From an uncultured Gemmataceae bacterium (GTDB lineage Bacteria > Planctomycetota > Planctomycetia > Gemmatales > Gemmataceae): a stretch of 64,000 bases of DNA. The position numbers and the translations under genes are program-made. Location: assembly GCA_963750165.1 (NCBI GenBank), contig CAVVPN010000003.1, forward strand, positions 2,720,001 to 2,784,000, in the 5' to 3' direction. Shown piece by piece: positions 61,379 to 64,000 of the stretch. Position 1 is the stretch's first letter, and the number at the start of each line of letters is the position of its first letter. The notes beneath the pieces are model-generated. The model was not told where the DNA came from, ran no database searches, and was given only the letters and a program-made list of their open reading frames with translations.

Positions 61379-62170
61379 ATGAACGCAGTGAAACTCGGCG
61401 TTAACCTGGAGTCCTTCGGCATGCCGTTGCGCCGCGCCCTGGCCGCGGCGCAGCAGCTGAGCGTGATCGGCGTGCAGATCGACGCGGCCGGCGACCTGGC
61501 GCCGCAGCGCCTGACGCAGACCGGCCGGCGCGAGTTCCGGAACCTGCTGCGCGCCCACAACCTCGAACTGACCGCCCTGAACTGCCCGCTGCGCCGCGGC
61601 CTCGACGTGGCCGAGAACCAGGAGGGGCGCATCGATCACGTCAAGAACGTCCTGTCGCTGGCCTTCGACCTGGGGCCGCGCATCGCCATCGTCCAGGCAG
61701 GCCGCGTGCCGGACGCCGAGGCGCTGGACGACCCGCGCGGCCGGCTGCTGACCGAAGCGCTCCAGACCCTGGGCGCCCACGGCGACCGCACCGGCACCAC
61801 GCTGGCGCTGGAAACGGGCCTGGAATCCGGTGAGGCACTGGCGGCCTACCTGAAGCGCTTCGACACCGGCGGCCTGGGTGTCAACTACGACCCGGCGAAC
61901 CTGCTGCTGAACGGCTTCGAGCCGTTCGCCGCCGCCCGGGCGCTGCGCGGCCGCATCAACCACGCCCACGCCCATGACGCCAGCCAGGCGCGCGCCAACC
62001 GTGCCGCCCAGGAGGTGCCGCTCGGCCACGGCGACCTCGACTGGTTGGCGCTGTTTGGGCTCTTCGAGGAGATCGAGTACCACGGTTGGCTGGTCGTCGA
62101 GCGCGAGGGCGGCACGGATCGGGCGCAGGACGTGGCGGCTGGCGTGGCGTTCCTGCGGCGTGTGATGTGA
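61379..62170 (+). CDS. Sugar phosphate isomerase/epimerase (xylose-isomerase-like TIM barrel)
   Basis: LALETG, VNYDPANL, HAHAHD, LGHGDLDW, WLVVERE. Confidence 0.88.
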   Translation: MNAVKLGVNLESFGMPLRRALAAAQQLSVIGVQIDAAGDLAPQRLTQTGRREFRNLLRAHNLELTALNCPLRRGLDVAENQEGRIDHVKNVLSLAFDLGPRIAIVQAGRVPDAEALDDPRGRLLTEALQTLGAHGDRTGTTLALETGLESGEALAAYLKRFDTGGLGVNYDPANLLLNGFEPFAAARALRGRINHAHAHDASQARANRAAQEVPLGHGDLDWLALFGLFEEIEYHGWLVVEREGGTDRAQDVAAGVAFLRRVM

Positions 62171-62192
62171 GGGCCGGTGCTTCGGGAAAGCG

Positions 62193-62399
62193 CTACAAGG
62201 GCGGCTCAGGCTGCCGTGGCGGCCGCACACGCGACACCTCAATGAGCAGCATCCACGTCAGCCGTGGTGGGTCATTGCGTGCCAGGCAGTCGCACTGGCG
62301 GTGAACGACTTCGCCGCCGGTGAATTCGCGACGGTCGCACACCGGGCAGCGCCACTCGCGCCGGACCTGATGCCGTAAGCGGCCCTGGGGCCCTTTCAT
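62193..62399 (-). CDS. Small Zn-ribbon protein
   Basis: WRCPVC...QCDC; 68 aa; RBS GGAGG. Confidence 0.6.
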   Translation of the reverse strand: MKGPQGRLRHQVRREWRCPVCDRREFTGGEVVHRQCDCLARNDPPRLTWMLLIEVSRVRPPRQPEPPL

Positions 62400-62415
62400 G
62401 GCCGTCCTCCCCACC

Positions 62416-63348
62416 TCAACGCTCCAGCACCTTGAAGTTGTCCAGTGCCTTCCGCAGTTCCGGCTCGGCGCTCAAAGTTGCGCTCCGCGCCCCGACAATC
62501 ACCTGATAGAAAAGTTCCTCGCCCTCGCGCTGCACCACCCGCAAGATGAACCTCCGCTCCTGGCCGCCGACGCGCTTGTCGATCACCGACTCGATCCAGT
62601 TCACCGGTTCGCCCTGCGGCCCCCGCTTCGTGTGGAGCACTTCCCAGTGGTCCGTCCGCGCCCCTGCCTTGCTGCCGAACACCTTGCCAATGTCCTCCGT
62701 GCGCAGCTTTTCCCGGCACTGCTCCAGGTACTGGTCCAGCGTGCCGTCCTGCCGCTCCGTCAGCACCAGGATGTGCGCGTCCTCCTCGACGTTGATGAGG
62801 AGCAGTTCCTCCAGGCTGCGGGCGTCCTGCGGGTTGAAGCCGTCCTTGTCCTTGACCGGCTGGTTCTTTTTGACGACCCCCCAGCGCTCCGACGGCCGCT
62901 CGATGGTGTAATTCTCGGTCTCACGTTTGATGAGCTTCGGCCCGGTGTAATCGAGTTTGCCGGTCCAGTACGCCTGGCCCATGAGGTTGCGCAGGCCCCA
63001 GCCCTCGGCGGCGTGATAGGCATACAGCGTCGCCACTGTCAGCAGCACGCCCAGGACGATGCCGGCCACCGCGTAGCGCTCGCCGGTGACCGCCTCGCGG
63101 TGGCGGCGGACGTGGACCAGCGCCGCCAGGCCGACGAGCACTGCGAGCACCGTGCCGACCACCGTGAATGCCCCGACCAGCGCCAGCAGCAGGCTTGCCA
63201 GCGCCAGGCCGCTGGTCTTGATGAGCGCCGGGTCGGAGCGCGGCACCGCGACCGGGTGCTGGCAGTCCGGGCAGGTGATCTGCTGGCCCGCAAAGTTCTC
63301 CGGGATGTCCAGACGCACGCCACAGGTGCATTTCAACGAGAGAGTCAT
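62416..63348 (-). CDS. Zn-ribbon + DUF4190-like membrane protein
   Basis: CTCG...CPDC; TSGLALASLLL...GLAAL...G...AVAGIVLG. Confidence 0.75.
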   Translation of the reverse strand: MTLSLKCTCGVRLDIPENFAGQQITCPDCQHPVAVPRSDPALIKTSGLALASLLLALVGAFTVVGTVLAVLVGLAALVHVRRHREAVTGERYAVAGIVLGVLLTVATLYAYHAAEGWGLRNLMGQAYWTGKLDYTGPKLIKRETENYTIERPSERWGVVKKNQPVKDKDGFNPQDARSLEELLLINVEEDAHILVLTERQDGTLDQYLEQCREKLRTEDIGKVFGSKAGARTDHWEVLHTKRGPQGEPVNWIESVIDKRVGGQERRFILRVVQREGEELFYQVIVGARSATLSAEPELRKALDNFKVLER

Positions 63349-63403
63349 GGTTGCCGCTCCTTACCCGTCGATTATACCACCGCGGCAACGCGCTGCAAAA
63401 CCC

Positions 63404-63463
63404 GTAGCGGAAGTCGCCAGACTTCCGGGCAGCGCTGCCCGGAAGTCTGGCGACTTCCGCTAC
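63404..63463. repeat. GTAG-family REP doublet forming a perfect 60-bp palindrome
   Basis: GTAGCGGAAGTCGCCAGACTTCCGGGCAGC|GCTGCCCGGAAGTCTGGCGACTTCCGCTAC. Confidence 0.92.
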
Positions 63464-63496
63464 ACCCACGGCTTCCGGCTTTCCTGGACCGGGCGG

Positions 63497-64000
63497 TCAC
63501 TCCGCGATCTCGATCGGCTGGCCGACGCGCGTCTTGCGCGACTCGCGGTGCCAGAGGTACGACAGCAGCGTCAACAGCAGCAGGCCCCAGAACGTCCAGA
63601 AGGGGATGTGGAACGCGCGGCCGTCGAGGAACGCGATGGTGTAATAGTCGCCGATGAGCTGGGGGACATCGGTGATGTGCTTGGCCACGTCCGGGCCAGC
63701 GTACTCCTCCACCTGCGGCGGCAGATTCGGGGACAACTCGCGAATGCGGTGCTCCACCACTTTGCCATCCTTGATGGGGACCGGACGGGGGCTGGCGTTC
63801 GCTTTTTTCTCCAGGCTCACCAGATCCGCTTTTTCCTTCTTGTCCAGGTTCTTCTTCTCGCTCAGCTCACTGAGCCGGGTTTGCTCGCTCGCCGTCAATT
63901 TCGCGGGCATCTCGATCATTTCCGACCTCAGAGGCGCGTTCCAGAACTGGATCATCAGCCACGGCACCAGCAGCGCCAGCGCCAGCAGCACCCAGGACAT
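63497..64000 (-). CDS. C-terminal part of a membrane protein (partial, unknown function)
   Basis: Open frame to the window end with two hydrophobic segments flanking a charged loop. Confidence 0.6.
   Translation of the reverse strand: MSWVLLALALLVPWLMIQFWNAPLRSEMIEMPAKLTASEQTRLSELSEKKNLDKKEKADLVSLEKKANASPRPVPIKDGKVVEHRIRELSPNLPPQVEEYAGPDVAKHITDVPQLIGDYYTIAFLDGRAFHIPFWTFWGLLLLTLLSYLWHRESRKTRVGQPIEIAE

Overview
GC-rich bacterial DNA, very probably a planctomycete (Gemmataceae-like). This is inferred from the LGVETLEARLVP N-terminal export motif, Zn-ribbon/TM proteins, DUF1080 and the REP types. Bases 1-35.7 kb are a large cell-surface glycan locus: Wzm/Wzt ABC exporter, O-antigen-ligase-like protein, GT2/GT4/GT-C glycosyltransferases, six methyltransferases, pyruvyltransferase, a 2OG-Fe(II) hydroxylase, a fused E1 / E2-like / ACP module, deacetylase, a Cys-less AsnB-like ligase, two UbiA phosphoribosyltransferases, a HAD phosphatase and a flippase-like protein. 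Converging on it is a ~2,930-aa surface protein (35.8-44.6 kb, minus strand) with DUF4214-like repeats, 11 tandem two-domain PKD/Ig units and a C-terminal lyase-like domain. A close paralog of that domain sits inside the glycan operon as a membrane-anchored, circularly permuted version. Three transcription units share sigma54-type promoters with a TGT-N12-ACA upstream element. Bases 45-64 kb are mostly housekeeping (ComEC, REC-HATPase, Fe-binding lipoprotein, OYE-type oxidoreductase, a tandem IDH-family pair resembling eukaryotic catalytic/regulatory subunits, FHA, BNR) interspersed with REP palindromes and MITEs. About 11 small deletions split otherwise intact genes and look like sequencing errors. 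No rRNA, tRNA, CRISPR array or transposase was seen. All family assignments come from motif recognition, not database searches.
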